From Kiritimatiellia bacterium (GTDB taxonomy: Bacteria > Verrucomicrobiota > Kiritimatiellia > RFP12 > UBA1067): a stretch of 64,000 bases of DNA. The notes under the pieces were generated by a model, which saw nothing but the letters and a program-made list of their open reading frames with translations, ran no database searches and was not told the DNA's origin. Positions 32,131 through 43,800 of the stretch are shown piece after piece (position 1 is the stretch's first letter; each line of letters begins with the position of its first letter). The translations under genes and the position numbers were made by a program. The stretch is from assembly GCA_024405395.1 (NCBI GenBank), contig JAKSOW010000001.1, positions 6,277 to 70,276 on the forward strand. Reading direction: 5' to 3'.

Positions 32131-34035
32131 ATGTCGATCCGTTCCTTTAGGCGACTGATCATGGTGCTGGGCCTCGGCGTTTCTGCCGGGGCCCTCTCGC
32201 TCCACGGAGAGGTCGTAATCGAGAATGCCGCCTGCCGCCTGGTCATTTCCGATGCGGCGGAGGCCACTTCCCTTGTCGTGAAGGCCACCGGCGAAGAGTG
32301 TCTGGCGACGGATGTCGCCATTCCCTTCGCGTCGATTCTCCAGAACCGGCCCTACGACAACGAGCTCAAGCTGATCTACCCGGCCAAGTCTTGGCGTGTC
32401 CCCGCCAATCGGGTGACGCAGGAGGGCGACCTGCTCAAGCTCCGCTTCCGCGATGAGTTCTTCGTGCTGAAGGTTCGCGTGCGCCTCACGGATGACTACA
32501 TCGCCTTCACGCCCGAGGGCACCGACTACGAAGTGCCCGACTTCGGCGACAAGCGGCCGACGGAAATCGACGGCATCGAGTTTCTTCGCCTGCCGATCCG
32601 CTCGCGCACGCGCTATGGCAAATGCGCCAATGTCGCCTGGGACGAAAAGGCGGCGCTTGCCGTGATGGCGCTTGATCCCGCCACGGAAGTTTCGGGCGAC
32701 GTTCCGGAGGGCACGCGCAACTGGCGGCGGTTTGCCGCAGGCGCCGATGCGCGCATCGGCCTCTGGGAACATGGTGCCGCGCTTTTCGCCTGCCGTTCCG
32801 CGGAGTTCCTCGATCACGTTGATGCGCTTGAGCGCGACTACGATATGCCCAGGGGCGTGAAGATGCGCCGCGACCCGCTGCATCGGGCAAGCTACTGGTT
32901 CATGTCGGACATCTCACCTGCCAACATGCAGGAGCACATCGCCTGGATGAAGAAGGGCGGCTTCCGTCTGGGCGTCATTTCGTACACGGCCTTTGCGCGC
33001 ACCTGCGGACACTTTGACTGGCGAAGCTCCTACCCGAACGGAATGGATGACCTGAAGCGCGTGACCGGCGAAATGCGGAAGGCGGGCATCACGCCCGGCA
33101 TTCACATCCACTACTGCAAGGTGTCCACCAACGATCTCTACGTCACGAATGGCCGCCCGGATCCGCGGCTGGCCACGGCAAGTGAAGTCACGCTGGCGCG
33201 TGCCGTCGGCCCGGGCGACACGGAGTTCTTCGTGGAGGGCAATCCCGACGTCCTGCGCATGGAACGCGGGCGGCGGCTGATTCTCTTCGGGAACGAACTC
33301 GTCTCCTACGAAGGCGTCTCCTCGACACGCCCCTATCGGCTGACGGGCGTGGTGCGTGGTCTGCATGGCTCGCGGGCTGTGGCGCACGCCGCCCACGAAT
33401 ACGGCCGTCAGCCCGACGTCGATGATTGGCCCTATTTCATCCGCATCGATCCCCGGACGGATATCCAGGACGAAATCGCCGACCGCCTGGCCGCTATCAT
33501 TGACGGTGCTGGATTCGAGTTCATCTACTTTGATGGGGCGGAAGATGTGCCGCCGCCTTTCTGGCACTATGTCCCGATGGCCCAGCAGCGGGTCTGGAGC
33601 AAACTCAAGCGAAAGCCGCGGGCGGCCGAGGGCGCGCTCAAGAGCCATTGGGGCTGGCACATGCTCAGCCGCGGCAACGCCTTCGACTCCTTCATTCCGG
33701 AGCGGACGCGCAATGCCGCCGAGACCTACATCATCCCCTGCGCACGCGATGGGGCCGACGACTTCTCGGCGGTGAACTTCGGTTGGGTGCGGCCTTACTA
33801 CCCTGGTGAACGTCTCTGGCATCCGGCCACGAGTTTCCTCGTGAAGAATGCGCCGGTCAGCGTCACTCGGGGAACGACGGCGGAGGATCTCGACTACTTG
33901 TGTCAGGCGGCCGAACAGTGGAAGTGTCCGCTTTCGGTGAAGGGCGTATTGGGCGTCTTCCGGCAACATGCCGAGGCGGATGCACTCATGTCCGTGCTGA
34001 AGAAATGGGAGGACGAAAAGTGGATCACAAGGTGA
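32131..34035 (+). CDS. exported protein of unknown function (possibly TIM-barrel glycosidase-like)
   Basis: The signal peptide is MSIRSFRRLIMVLGLGVSAGALSLHG. I recognise no diagnostic motif. Segments such as GITPGIHIHYCKV and GFEFIYFDGAEDV suggest alternating beta/alpha units. Coding is supported by its length and by the weak antisense alternative. Confidence 0.65.
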   Translation: MSIRSFRRLIMVLGLGVSAGALSLHGEVVIENAACRLVISDAAEATSLVVKATGEECLATDVAIPFASILQNRPYDNELKLIYPAKSWRVPANRVTQEGDLLKLRFRDEFFVLKVRVRLTDDYIAFTPEGTDYEVPDFGDKRPTEIDGIEFLRLPIRSRTRYGKCANVAWDEKAALAVMALDPATEVSGDVPEGTRNWRRFAAGADARIGLWEHGAALFACRSAEFLDHVDALERDYDMPRGVKMRRDPLHRASYWFMSDISPANMQEHIAWMKKGGFRLGVISYTAFARTCGHFDWRSSYPNGMDDLKRVTGEMRKAGITPGIHIHYCKVSTNDLYVTNGRPDPRLATASEVTLARAVGPGDTEFFVEGNPDVLRMERGRRLILFGNELVSYEGVSSTRPYRLTGVVRGLHGSRAVAHAAHEYGRQPDVDDWPYFIRIDPRTDIQDEIADRLAAIIDGAGFEFIYFDGAEDVPPPFWHYVPMAQQRVWSKLKRKPRAAEGALKSHWGWHMLSRGNAFDSFIPERTRNAAETYIIPCARDGADDFSAVNFGWVRPYYPGERLWHPATSFLVKNAPVSVTRGTTAEDLDYLCQAAEQWKCPLSVKGVLGVFRQHAEADALMSVLKKWEDEKWITR

Positions 34036-34613
34036 TGGACATCCGCACCATGTTTGCGACGATGACGCCCGAGCAGATTCGGGAAGTGTCGCGTGAACGG
34101 GAACTGGACGAATGGCGTGCGGTGAATCGCTTCTGCGGCAAGTGCGGGGCGGCGATGCAGCCGCATGCCAATCCGGCGGAGCGTGCGTTCGTGTGCCCGA
34201 CCTGCGGGTACATGTCCTATCCCAAGCTCTCGCCGGCGGTGATTGCCCTGGTGGTGCGCGACGACAAGATCCTGCTGCAGCGGAACACGCACTACAAGAC
34301 CGCGAACTGGACGCTGGTGGCGGGCTTCGTGGATCCGGGCGAAAGTTTCGAGGAGGCCGTTCGCCGCGAAATCCATGAGGAGGCGTCGCTGGAAGTTGAG
34401 AACCTGCGCTACTTCGGTTCACAGACCTGGCCATTCCCCTCCAACATCATGGTGGCGTTCACGGCACGTTACGCCGGCGGTGAACTCAAGCCAGACGGTG
34501 AGGAAGTCGTCGAGTCGGGCTGGTTTGACCGCGACCATCTTCCGGCGATTCCCTACAAGGGCTCCATCGCCAGAAGGATGATCGATGCGTGGCTGGCAGG
34601 TGAAATCACCTGA
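34035..34613 (+). CDS. nudC: NADH pyrophosphatase-type Nudix hydrolase
   Basis: The start ATG overlaps the upstream TGA (TGATG). The zinc ribbon is CGKCGAAM...CPTCG. The Nudix box is GFVDPGESFEEAVRREIHEEASL. The downstream sequence QTWPFPSNIMVAF is as in NudC. Confidence 0.85.
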   Translation: MDIRTMFATMTPEQIREVSRERELDEWRAVNRFCGKCGAAMQPHANPAERAFVCPTCGYMSYPKLSPAVIALVVRDDKILLQRNTHYKTANWTLVAGFVDPGESFEEAVRREIHEEASLEVENLRYFGSQTWPFPSNIMVAFTARYAGGELKPDGEEVVESGWFDRDHLPAIPYKGSIARRMIDAWLAGEIT

Positions 34614-34646
34614 AAAAGCGGCTTGTCCCAATGGGGAGGATTTTGA

Positions 34647-36392
34647 ATGGCGCACATTGAAAGATGGATTGTCGGGTTGGCGCTTGTGGCATGTGGGATG
34701 GCTCAGGCCATGACGTGTGCCACAAAGGGCGACTATCTGGATCTGATGGAGGCGGCGGTCTCCGCCTATGACGATGCGCACATTGCCGCCTACGTCGAGG
34801 CCGCCGATCGCGATGGCGTGCAGGAGCATGGCTTCCCGCGTCTGGTGGCGAATGTCGGCGTGCTGGTGGCGAACGGACGCCTGTCCGAAAGGCGCGATCT
34901 CTTCCGGCGCATGATGACGATTGCCTGCCGCGATGCGGCGAAGGGCAAGATGCCGCCGAAGTCGGGCGGCAACGAGTTCTCGGTGAAGGAACTGGTGGTT
35001 GCGCTCGTGGCCCTGGAGAAGTCGGGCACGTTCCCCAAAGCCGAGACCGACGCCTGGCGCAAGGCGTTGACATCAGTCGACGCGAAGCGCTGCTATTCGA
35101 AGCTGCCGAAATGCGGGGCGAAGCTCGCCAACAACTGGTGCATCTTCGGCTGCGCAAGCGAACAGGCGCGTCTTGCCGCCCGTTGCGGCGGTGATGCGCA
35201 GCACATCGAGATGTATGTCGCCGACCAGCTGCGTTGGTTTGACGAGAACGGCATGTACAAAGATCCCAATCAGCCGGCCGTCTACGACTTCGTGACGCGT
35301 CTGCAGTTTGCGATGGTTCTCCACTATGGCTACGACGGGCCGTCTCGCGAGAGGTTGGAGGGGCTCATGGCCAAGTCGGCCGAGCCCACGTTGGCGATGC
35401 TGTCGGCCTGCGGCGAGATCCCCTACGGTGGGCGCTCCAATCAGTTCCTCCACAACAACACCTTCTATTCGGCGCTCTGCGAATGGTATGCCGCAGGCTT
35501 CGCGAAACGGGGCGATCTCCGTCAGGCCGCCCGTTTCCGCCGAGCCGCGAAGAAGTCGGTTGATGCGGTGCGCGAGTGGCTGGCCGTCAGGCCGATGCGT
35601 CACGTGAAGAACCTCTATCCGCGGAAGTCCGGCAAGGAGGTCTATTCCAGGGAAGCCGACATGGGCTGTGAGCGCTACGCCTATTTCAACAAGTACATGG
35701 TGACCATGGGCTCCTGGGCGATGAGCGCCTGGCTCTTTGCCGAGGATGTGGCCAAAGAACTTCCGGAGGAGGCCGAGGTCGCGGCGTCTTCGTTCCGGAC
35801 TTCTGACGACTTCCATTTCTTCTTCCTGAAGGCCGGCGACTATTCGGCCCAGTTCGATCCCAATGCCAACAGGACCTACGATGCCGATGGCCTGGGCCGA
35901 ATCTGCCGCAAGGGCGCCCCGGCGGCAATCTGCCTGTCGGTGCCGTGTGCGGTGAACCCGCACTATCGCATCGAGACGCCCAACGACGCTCCGCTCACCA
36001 TCGCCCCGGTTGCGAAGGGCGACCTCCAGCTTTCCTGCACGCGCTTCGGCAACGACGACAAGTCTGCCTGGGCCGACTGGAAATCGGCCGCCGGCGAATG
36101 GAGGAACACCCTCACCGGGCAGGGACTGGAGATGACGCTTGAAGGCGCTGGCCCCGTGGCGCTCGCGTTGCCTGCCTTTGCCTTCGATGGCGAATGCGAA
36201 ACGCGAATCGACTGCAAGGACACGACCCTTGCGATTGCCTACAGGGGCTGGCGCTGCGTGTACACGGTCAAGGCGGGAACGATCGTGGACACGGGACGGG
36301 TGGCCTGCAACCGCAACGGACGCTATCGCCGCTTTGAGTTACGTGGCGATGGACGCGTGGCCGCCTCGGTCACGATTGAGCGCATCCGCTAG
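34647..36392 (+). CDS. exported protein of unknown function
   Basis: The signal peptide is MAHIERWIVGLALVACGMAQA. The N-terminal half looks helical and the C-terminal half beta-rich, a layout seen in some polysaccharide lyase/hydrolase folds. I recognise no motif. Confidence 0.65.
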   Translation: MAHIERWIVGLALVACGMAQAMTCATKGDYLDLMEAAVSAYDDAHIAAYVEAADRDGVQEHGFPRLVANVGVLVANGRLSERRDLFRRMMTIACRDAAKGKMPPKSGGNEFSVKELVVALVALEKSGTFPKAETDAWRKALTSVDAKRCYSKLPKCGAKLANNWCIFGCASEQARLAARCGGDAQHIEMYVADQLRWFDENGMYKDPNQPAVYDFVTRLQFAMVLHYGYDGPSRERLEGLMAKSAEPTLAMLSACGEIPYGGRSNQFLHNNTFYSALCEWYAAGFAKRGDLRQAARFRRAAKKSVDAVREWLAVRPMRHVKNLYPRKSGKEVYSREADMGCERYAYFNKYMVTMGSWAMSAWLFAEDVAKELPEEAEVAASSFRTSDDFHFFFLKAGDYSAQFDPNANRTYDADGLGRICRKGAPAAICLSVPCAVNPHYRIETPNDAPLTIAPVAKGDLQLSCTRFGNDDKSAWADWKSAAGEWRNTLTGQGLEMTLEGAGPVALALPAFAFDGECETRIDCKDTTLAIAYRGWRCVYTVKAGTIVDTGRVACNRNGRYRRFELRGDGRVAASVTIERIR

Positions 36393-36400
36393 CGTTCCGC

Positions 36401-37756
36401 TCAGAGCTTGACGAAGACGCACGTCACGAAGATCAGCCCGATCAGGATCGGGGCCGCATAGCGCATCAGCACGCGGTAGAGTCCGTAGACGCGGAAGGGG
36501 TGCTCGCCGTCGGCGGTGATTTCGCGGCGAATGAACTCAGTCCCGATCACCCAGCCCACGAAGACGACCGTCAGGAATGCGCAGATCGGCATGAGGATGT
36601 TGTTGGTGACGTAGTCGGCCTTGTCGAGGAATCCCAGCGACCAGGCGCTGGGGATGGCGGCCAGCAGCGTGTAGGCCGCCACGACGAGGGTGCCTTTGCG
36701 GCGGCTCCAGTGCAGGCGGTCGCACACCGAGGCCACGCAGGTCTCGGCAATCGAGATGCAGCTGGTGAGCGCCGCGAAGAGGCAGAGCGCGAAGAACGCA
36801 AGCGCGATGACGCGCGTGCAGGGCATGGCGGCAAACACCTTGGGCAGCGAGACGAACATGAGTCCCGGCCCGGCGGACCGGGCCAGCTCTTCGCCGCCGA
36901 AGGCGAAGGCCGGGGGAATCACGATCACGCCGGCGAGAAACGCCACGAAGGTGTCGCAGATGCCGATGCGCAGGGCGGCCTTGGGGAGATTGGCGCTGCG
37001 GGGCAGGTAGGAGCCGTAGGTGATCATGATGCCCATCGCAAGGGAAAGCGAGAAGAACATCTGGCCCATGGCGGCGAGAATCGTCTTGGCGCACAGGAGC
37101 GGCGAGAAGGATCCGTTCACGCTGAGGCGGCTGAAGTCGGGGATGAAGAAGTACTTCAGGCCTTCGCGGGCGTTGGGCTGAAGGGCGGTGAAGAGGGCGA
37201 TGCCCACCGTCAGGATCAGCAGGGCGGGCATCAGGATCTTGTTGGAACGCTCGATGCCTTTCTTCACGCCCATGAGGATGAACGCGAAGCAGGCCCCGCC
37301 AAAGGCGCAGCAGAAGGAGAAGGCCTGGCCGAAGTCGCCGACGAAGCCCGAGAAGAAGGCGTCGTTGGCCGGATTGTCGGCGGCGGTCTCCGCAAGCGAG
37401 GCGAAGAAGTACTGGGCGAAGTATTTCGTCACCCAGCCGCCGATGACGCTGTAGTAGGGCAGAATGCCGAAGGGCACGAGCGTGCCGAGTATTCCCACAA
37501 TCACCCATTTGCGGTTGAGGGTTCGGAAGGCCTCAACGGGGGAAAGCTTCGTGGCGCGCCCGATGGCGATTTCGGTCATCAGCAGAAACACGCCGAATCC
37601 GAAGAAGAGAATCAGGTAGGCGATGAGGAAGATGCCGCCGCCATAGGTTGCCGCACTGGCGGGGAAACGCCAGAGGTTGCCCAATCCCACGGCCGAGGCC
37701 GCCGCCGCCAGGATGAAGCCAAGTTGCCCAGACCAGTTTTCACGCGTAGAATCCAT
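36401..37756 (-). CDS. sodium-dependent neurotransmitter:sodium symporter (NSS/SNF) family transporter
   Basis: The N-terminus WSGQLGFILAAAASAVGLGNLWRFPASAATYGGGIF is the NSS signature. The protein is polytopic throughout. Confidence 0.9.
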   Translation of the reverse strand: MDSTRENWSGQLGFILAAAASAVGLGNLWRFPASAATYGGGIFLIAYLILFFGFGVFLLMTEIAIGRATKLSPVEAFRTLNRKWVIVGILGTLVPFGILPYYSVIGGWVTKYFAQYFFASLAETAADNPANDAFFSGFVGDFGQAFSFCCAFGGACFAFILMGVKKGIERSNKILMPALLILTVGIALFTALQPNAREGLKYFFIPDFSRLSVNGSFSPLLCAKTILAAMGQMFFSLSLAMGIMITYGSYLPRSANLPKAALRIGICDTFVAFLAGVIVIPPAFAFGGEELARSAGPGLMFVSLPKVFAAMPCTRVIALAFFALCLFAALTSCISIAETCVASVCDRLHWSRRKGTLVVAAYTLLAAIPSAWSLGFLDKADYVTNNILMPICAFLTVVFVGWVIGTEFIRREITADGEHPFRVYGLYRVLMRYAAPILIGLIFVTCVFVKL

Positions 37757-37853
37757 AGGGGGCGGATTATATCACTAAACAGGGTATCCTGCAAGCGACC
37801 AGACAAAACAATTGCGTCCGCGGTCTGCGATTTGGTATCATTGAAGATGAGAA

Positions 37854-40800
37854 ATGGGAAACTATGGTCTCAAATCCGGTTTGGGTGGCCGCCTTGCGGC
37901 TGCCCTCTGCCTGTTTGCGACGGCGGTGCACGCCGCCTCCGCGACCTTTTCCCATGATGCCAATGCCACGGTGGCCGATTCCCGGCGCCTGACGGAGGCC
38001 ACCACGATTGCCGTCGCCAAGGATGCGCGTGTCGTCTACTCCGGCGTGTTGTCGGGGCCCGGCTCGTTGCGGCTGACGGGTGGTGGCACGCTGGTGCTGA
38101 CGGGCGCCAACACGTTCACGGGCGGCGTCACGGTTGAGGCGGGCTACCTCGTGTGCTCCAACGCCTTGGCCCTGGGCACGGGCACGGCAACCATCATGGG
38201 CCAGCGGGACGACTATTCGGGCCCCTGCGAGATTGGCTTCTGGGGTGTTGGCCCCGGCCGTTCGGATTCGGTGACGTACGCCAATCCGATTCGCGTGACG
38301 GGCTCCTCGACGGCCCTCTATCCGGCGCTCTACTTCTTCGGGCAGAACTGCGTCCTGAACGGCAGCGTCACCGCCGAGCAGGACCTTGTCTTCTACGAAG
38401 ACCACAATGCCGCCAAATCCATCAATAGCGCCAACTGGGACCGTTATCAGCATGTGCTTTCGGCCACCTTCAACGGTCCGGTGACCGCCGCCGGAATGAT
38501 CGGCTATCGCGGCATGACGCGCTGGGCCTTCAACGGCAAGGTCACGACCCCGCTTTTCCACACGGCGCTCACGCGCCCGAAACGTCCGGACGACATTGAC
38601 TCGACTGACGGCAACAACAATGCCCATGGCGCCTTCCTGCTCAATGCGGCCAACGCCATCGGCGAATTCAGGAATGCGCGTTCGCCCGTTTACCTGGGCG
38701 TGGAGAATGCGCTTGCGGGCTCGGTCCTTTCCTGGGAGAAGAACACCTCGCTCTGCACGGTGGGCTTCTTCTACAGTCAGCTTTACGGCGGCAGCTACCG
38801 CAACCAGCGTGTGGCCGGGCTTTCCAGCGTGTCGGCACCCGTGGCGGCCAGCTACGATTGGCGGGTTCATGGCGCCTCTTCGGCGAATCGGTTTGTGCTG
38901 GCGGGCACAGGCGCAGCGGCGGAGACTTTCGCGGCCAGTGCCGCCCTCACGGGATCGATGTCCTTCATTGTGGATGCGAGGCCCGACTACTCGCAGACGC
39001 TTCAAGACCGCCACCACACGTTTTCGGGCACGCTCGCCGTCTCCAACGGAACCCTGAACGTGGAACGTGGTTCGTTCTCCAATGTGACGGCGCTTGTGGT
39101 GGGCGCACACGGCACCCTGCGCCTCGACACGCCGCTCTCGGGCGGGCAGGTCTTCCCCAAGCTGTCTTCGCTGGAGATCGTGAAGGGCGGTGTGCTGGCC
39201 GTGCCCGAAACCATGCTGCTCACCACGAAGACGCTCATTGTGAACGGCACGAAGAAATCGCCCGGTCTCCATTACGCCGAAAGCGTGCCCGGCTTCACGG
39301 GGGCGGCGATAGTCTGCCTCAATGCCGACGGCTCCATGCCGGTGGTGGGCGATCTGACGGGCGCTCAGACGATCCGCGAACCGTTTGCGGCTCTGGGTGA
39401 CCGCATGTGGCGGCTTGCCGCGGGCGAGACGCTCACGTTTGAGGGAACGCTTCGCCGTGTCGAGGGCATGGTCACGGTGGTGAGCCCCAAGAACACCGCC
39501 AATCCGGCACGCGTGGTGCTCAAGGGCACCAACTCGATCGACGGGGCGCTCGTCACCACGGCGGCGGTGCTGCAGGTCTCCGGTCTGCTGGCGAACTCCT
39601 TGCGTCAGGACCAGGGCCAGGCCGCCAATCGCGGCGGGAGTGTGGTCACGGTGGATGGCTATCCGGGGGGCGGCTATCTTTTCGTCTCCAATGCCGTCAT
39701 CGAAAAGCCGGTCTATCTGCATGGCTCGGGCTATGGCATTCTGAGGAGTGCCGCCGCCACCACCACCATCCTGAAGGGCCACGTCGCCTGGCCCACGCCC
39801 TGGCCCGGCTTTACGGCGGCGAAGGATTCGGAGATCGTCTTCGAGGGCGGCTTCACGAGTGGCCACACCCTGCGCACAAACGGACAGGGCACATTCCGTG
39901 TGCGCAATACGCCGGTGACGGCCACGGCGAGCGTGGGCTGGAACATCGGCGGCGGCACCGTGGCGTTGGATGTGTGCGGCAACAAGTTCAGCTATCTGTG
40001 CGCCGGGCACTACAACGGCGACACGGCGGCGATTGTGTGCAACGCCGATCGGGCCTTTGACGTCACCGCGAACGCGGGCCTGGTGAACGGCTGCTGGTGG
40101 AACGATGGCTACAGCGGATTCTCGGTGATGACGTCTGGCTCCGGAATCGTGGACCTGAAGGGCACGGTGCAGCAGGTGAACAAGTACGCGGGCAGCAGCC
40201 GTTCGACCCTGCGGGGCGAGGCGGGCGCCCGGCTGGAGATTCTCCAGCAGACGCCGGACTCGCGGCTCAAGGCCCCCGAGCTCTACTTCGCGTCCGCGAT
40301 CGAAGGCGAGGTGACGGTGGCGATGTACGGCCCCGGCAGACTCGTCCTCACCAACCGCGTATTTGAGACGACGGGCGGATTGGAGGCCACGAACGGCATT
40401 GTGGAGATTGCCCGGGGGGCGCGTTGGCTGGGCACGGGTGACGTGACCTTGCGTGGCTCGGCCAGGCTGGTGCTGCATGAGCGCGACCAGCTGGCCCCCT
40501 CGGTGCATCTGCGGATCGGTGAGGCGGCGAAGATCGAGATTCCCGCCGGCACGTCCCTGACGGTAAAGACCGTGGACGTGTGGGATGGCACGGGCTGGCT
40601 GCCGCTGAAGACGGCCGGCAGCCATGCGGCGGGCGACGGCGGTATGCTTGCGGGATTCATCACGGGCGGCGGCACGCTGAACATTGTTGGCGAAGAGGTC
40701 GCCGCAGGCGTGGCGATGCCGCTGGAGTGGAATGTCACCTATCCGGTGGATGTGCCGTATGAGGTGGAGATCGACACGGCCAAACTTCATGCGCTGGGCG

Positions 40801-43800
40801 GCATTGCCGCCAACACGGGCTTCCGTGTGTTCGCCACCGTGGCGGGCGCCATGCGCGAAGTGGGCGTCAGCTGTCTGGCGGGACGCGTCCCCGGCAGGGT
40901 CGCCCTGCGCTTCTCGGTGCCGGCCGGGACGACGGCCCTGACGTGTCGGGCGGGCGTGGGGCGGCTGGAGCTGCTGGACGCACAGACGGCCGACAATCTC
41001 TTTGCGGGCGTGTTGGCGTCCGCCACGGGATGGGTATGCGACAAGACCGTTTCCTGTGCTGTGCGCACGAATGGTCTGTCCATCGCCTCGACGGGTGCGG
41101 GCAACTATTATGCGAAGTGCAGCGTGCCCGTGCCCGCCGATTGGCGGGGCAAGAGCGTGCGCCTGGAAATCGACGCCACGAGCGAGAGCGTGCTGCCGTG
41201 GGGCGGCTTCATCCGCCTGTGGCAGTATGACGCCAACGGCACGCGCCTGCCCGAGAGTGTCTCCGATGTGCGTTGGACGAGTCACATGCGCCCGCCGGAG
41301 AAGCTCGCCCAATATCGCGAGAATGGCCGCATCCATCCAGACTGTGCCACCGTGGAGGCGCGTTTCGAGGTGCGGGGCACGTCGACGGCCTTTGACCTCT
41401 ATGGTCTGCCGCTGGCGGATGAGGAGGACACGAAGGCCCGCCTGCTGGTTTCGCGTCTGGTGCTGCGGCGGGCGGCGGAATTGCCGTTCCCGAAATATGA
41501 CGACCGCTTCTTCTCCGCGGGCGTCTCGGGGGATGCGGGCGATACGGCGCTTCGCCTGGGCGGCGAAGACCACAACGGCTTCTTCTACGCCACGCACAGC
41601 CAGGCGGTTTGGAGCGAGGGAATGGATTCGCGTGATGAGGCGCAGAATTTCTTCCCGGCGGGAGATGGCACCGTCGAGGCGTGGTTCAGGGCCGATGCCT
41701 GGCCAAGCAAGGAGACGTATCTCTTCCAGGGGTTCCAGGGCTACTCGGCCCAGAAGTCCGCCAATGGGCGAAGCGAACTCTTCTCGTTGCGGTACACGCA
41801 TTCCTCGAAGCGCCTTTACCTTTATATGAAGGATCGGCAGAACACGGTGTTCTCAGCGCAAGCCACACAGGCGCTGCCGGTGGGCGAGTGGGTGCACATC
41901 GCCGCCCAGTGGAGCGTCAACGGCCAGGCCAGGGTCTTCGTGAACGGCAAGGAGGCGCTGGCACGCGACATCACGGGCTTCAGGCCGGTTGACCTCAGTG
42001 CCGAGCAGTATCCCGATGAGGAGATTGTGACGGAGTTCTTCCTTGGCTCGACTTCCGCCTCGGCCCGCAACACCGAAACGGCGGAGAATGCGGGCGCGCC
42101 TTTCTTCCAGGGGGCCGTGGATCAGCTGCGCGTCTCCACGGGCACGCGCTATGCGGGCGCGTTCACGCCGGCCAGACGTCATGTGCCGGATGCCGCCACA
42201 CGTGCGCTCTTCGCGTTCGACCGATCCTACGATGGCGAGTCGGGCGGCGGATGCCGATTCATCCGCGGTTCGATCCGCTCGTTTGCGGACCGTGTGCGGC
42301 ACACGCTTGACCTTGGCGGCAATGAGGTTCCGTACTGGCCCGCCGAGATCCTGCCCGAGAACGACCACCGCCAGGTCCTGAACATCGACAACTATCCCGA
42401 TCTGCCGACGGTGGACGAATTCCTCTCGGCCCGCCGAGCCACAAATGCGGTCTTCGATGTCTCCCCGGGCGCCACGTTCACGTTGAATCTTCCGGGCACG
42501 GTCTACCGCGACTACGTGGAGATCGCGAACACGGGAACATCGCCGCTGCTCTACCCCACGGTCGTCAACGCCGGCGAGATCGATCCCCGCAGCTTTGGCG
42601 ACATCCGCGACACGCTGGGGCTGGCCGAGCTGGATGATCGGGCATGCGCCAACAAGATTTTCCAGTTCGTGCTGGGCGCAAGCGACTACTTCATGAACCA
42701 CAGCGCCTTCTTTGCGCCCGGCACCGACACGCCGGGCGATGTGGAGTACCAGGCACTCATGATGCTCAACGGCTACTGCGGCTTCGAGTGCGGCCCGCTG
42801 AACAGCATGACGAAGAATCTCTTCACCTGTTCGGGCGGGCTGCCCTCTTCGCAGACGGGCGGCTATGGCCACAGCTTCGAGCAGGTGTTCTATGACGGCA
42901 AGAACCACATCTACGATCTGTCGGCCCAGAAGTTCTTTCCCGCGATGGACAACGAGACGGCGGCCTATCTTGAGGAAGCGGGCGATCAGCCGGGCATCTT
43001 CCACCGGATCGGCGGCAATCCCGACCACTTCATCCGCAAGTCCCGCCGTGGTGCCGATGCGTCTTCGCCGTCGTTCAGCGAGAAGGTGGCGATGAGCCTC
43101 AATCCTGGCGAGCGCCTGCGCGTGTGGTTCGACAATGACGGCGAAGGCAACGACCTCCAGTGCAGCAAGAGCTCCGTGCAGAACGATTCCGCCCTCCACA
43201 AGGAGAACTACGACGACCGCTGCCATGCCGTTGCGGGATCGGCCGGCAGCATCTGGCGTGTGCACCGCCACTTCCCGCACTACGGCAATGGATTCCTCGT
43301 GTACGAAGGACCGGTGGATGTGGCGAATCCCGCCTTTGCCGCCTCGACGAAGTCCTCTGCCGTCTATGCGGTGAAGAGCTGCTATCCCATCACCGCGGCC
43401 GAGTACTCGGCCAAGCTGCAGGATGGCACCTATGCGCCAATGCAGCTCTCCACCGACAGGGGCGCAACCTGGCGTGCGCTGCCGGCTGGCAAGGTGCGCT
43501 ATCCCGTGCGTGCGCGCACCGAATACCTTGTGCGGGCGATGGCAGATCCCGCGAAGGTCGTGCGTTTCTCGGCCATCACCGAGGTGCAGGTGAACGTGCG
43601 CATCTTCACGGGCGGCGTGCACGCCGGGGCCAATGCCCTGACCTTCAAGGCCAATGGCGGAGAGGCGGCTCGCGTCACGCTGGGCTGGCGTGAGCCGGCG
43701 AAGCGCCTGGAGATCCGGGGCGGCGTCTATTCGGGCACGATCCCCGGCAGCGAACGGCAGCTCGTGCTGCTTGATCCGGCCAGCACGCTGACGCTTGACG

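Noticed and set aside
27232-34434. Minus-strand ORFs 27232..28968, 28613..30640, 30969..32321, 32071..32883 and 32914..34434.
   Set aside because: They lie antisense to the beta-helix, AAA+, TMEM43-like, unknown exported and nudC genes. Their composition is Arg/Gly/His-rich and no motifs are present. The plus-strand products have Walker motifs, signal peptides and a Nudix box.
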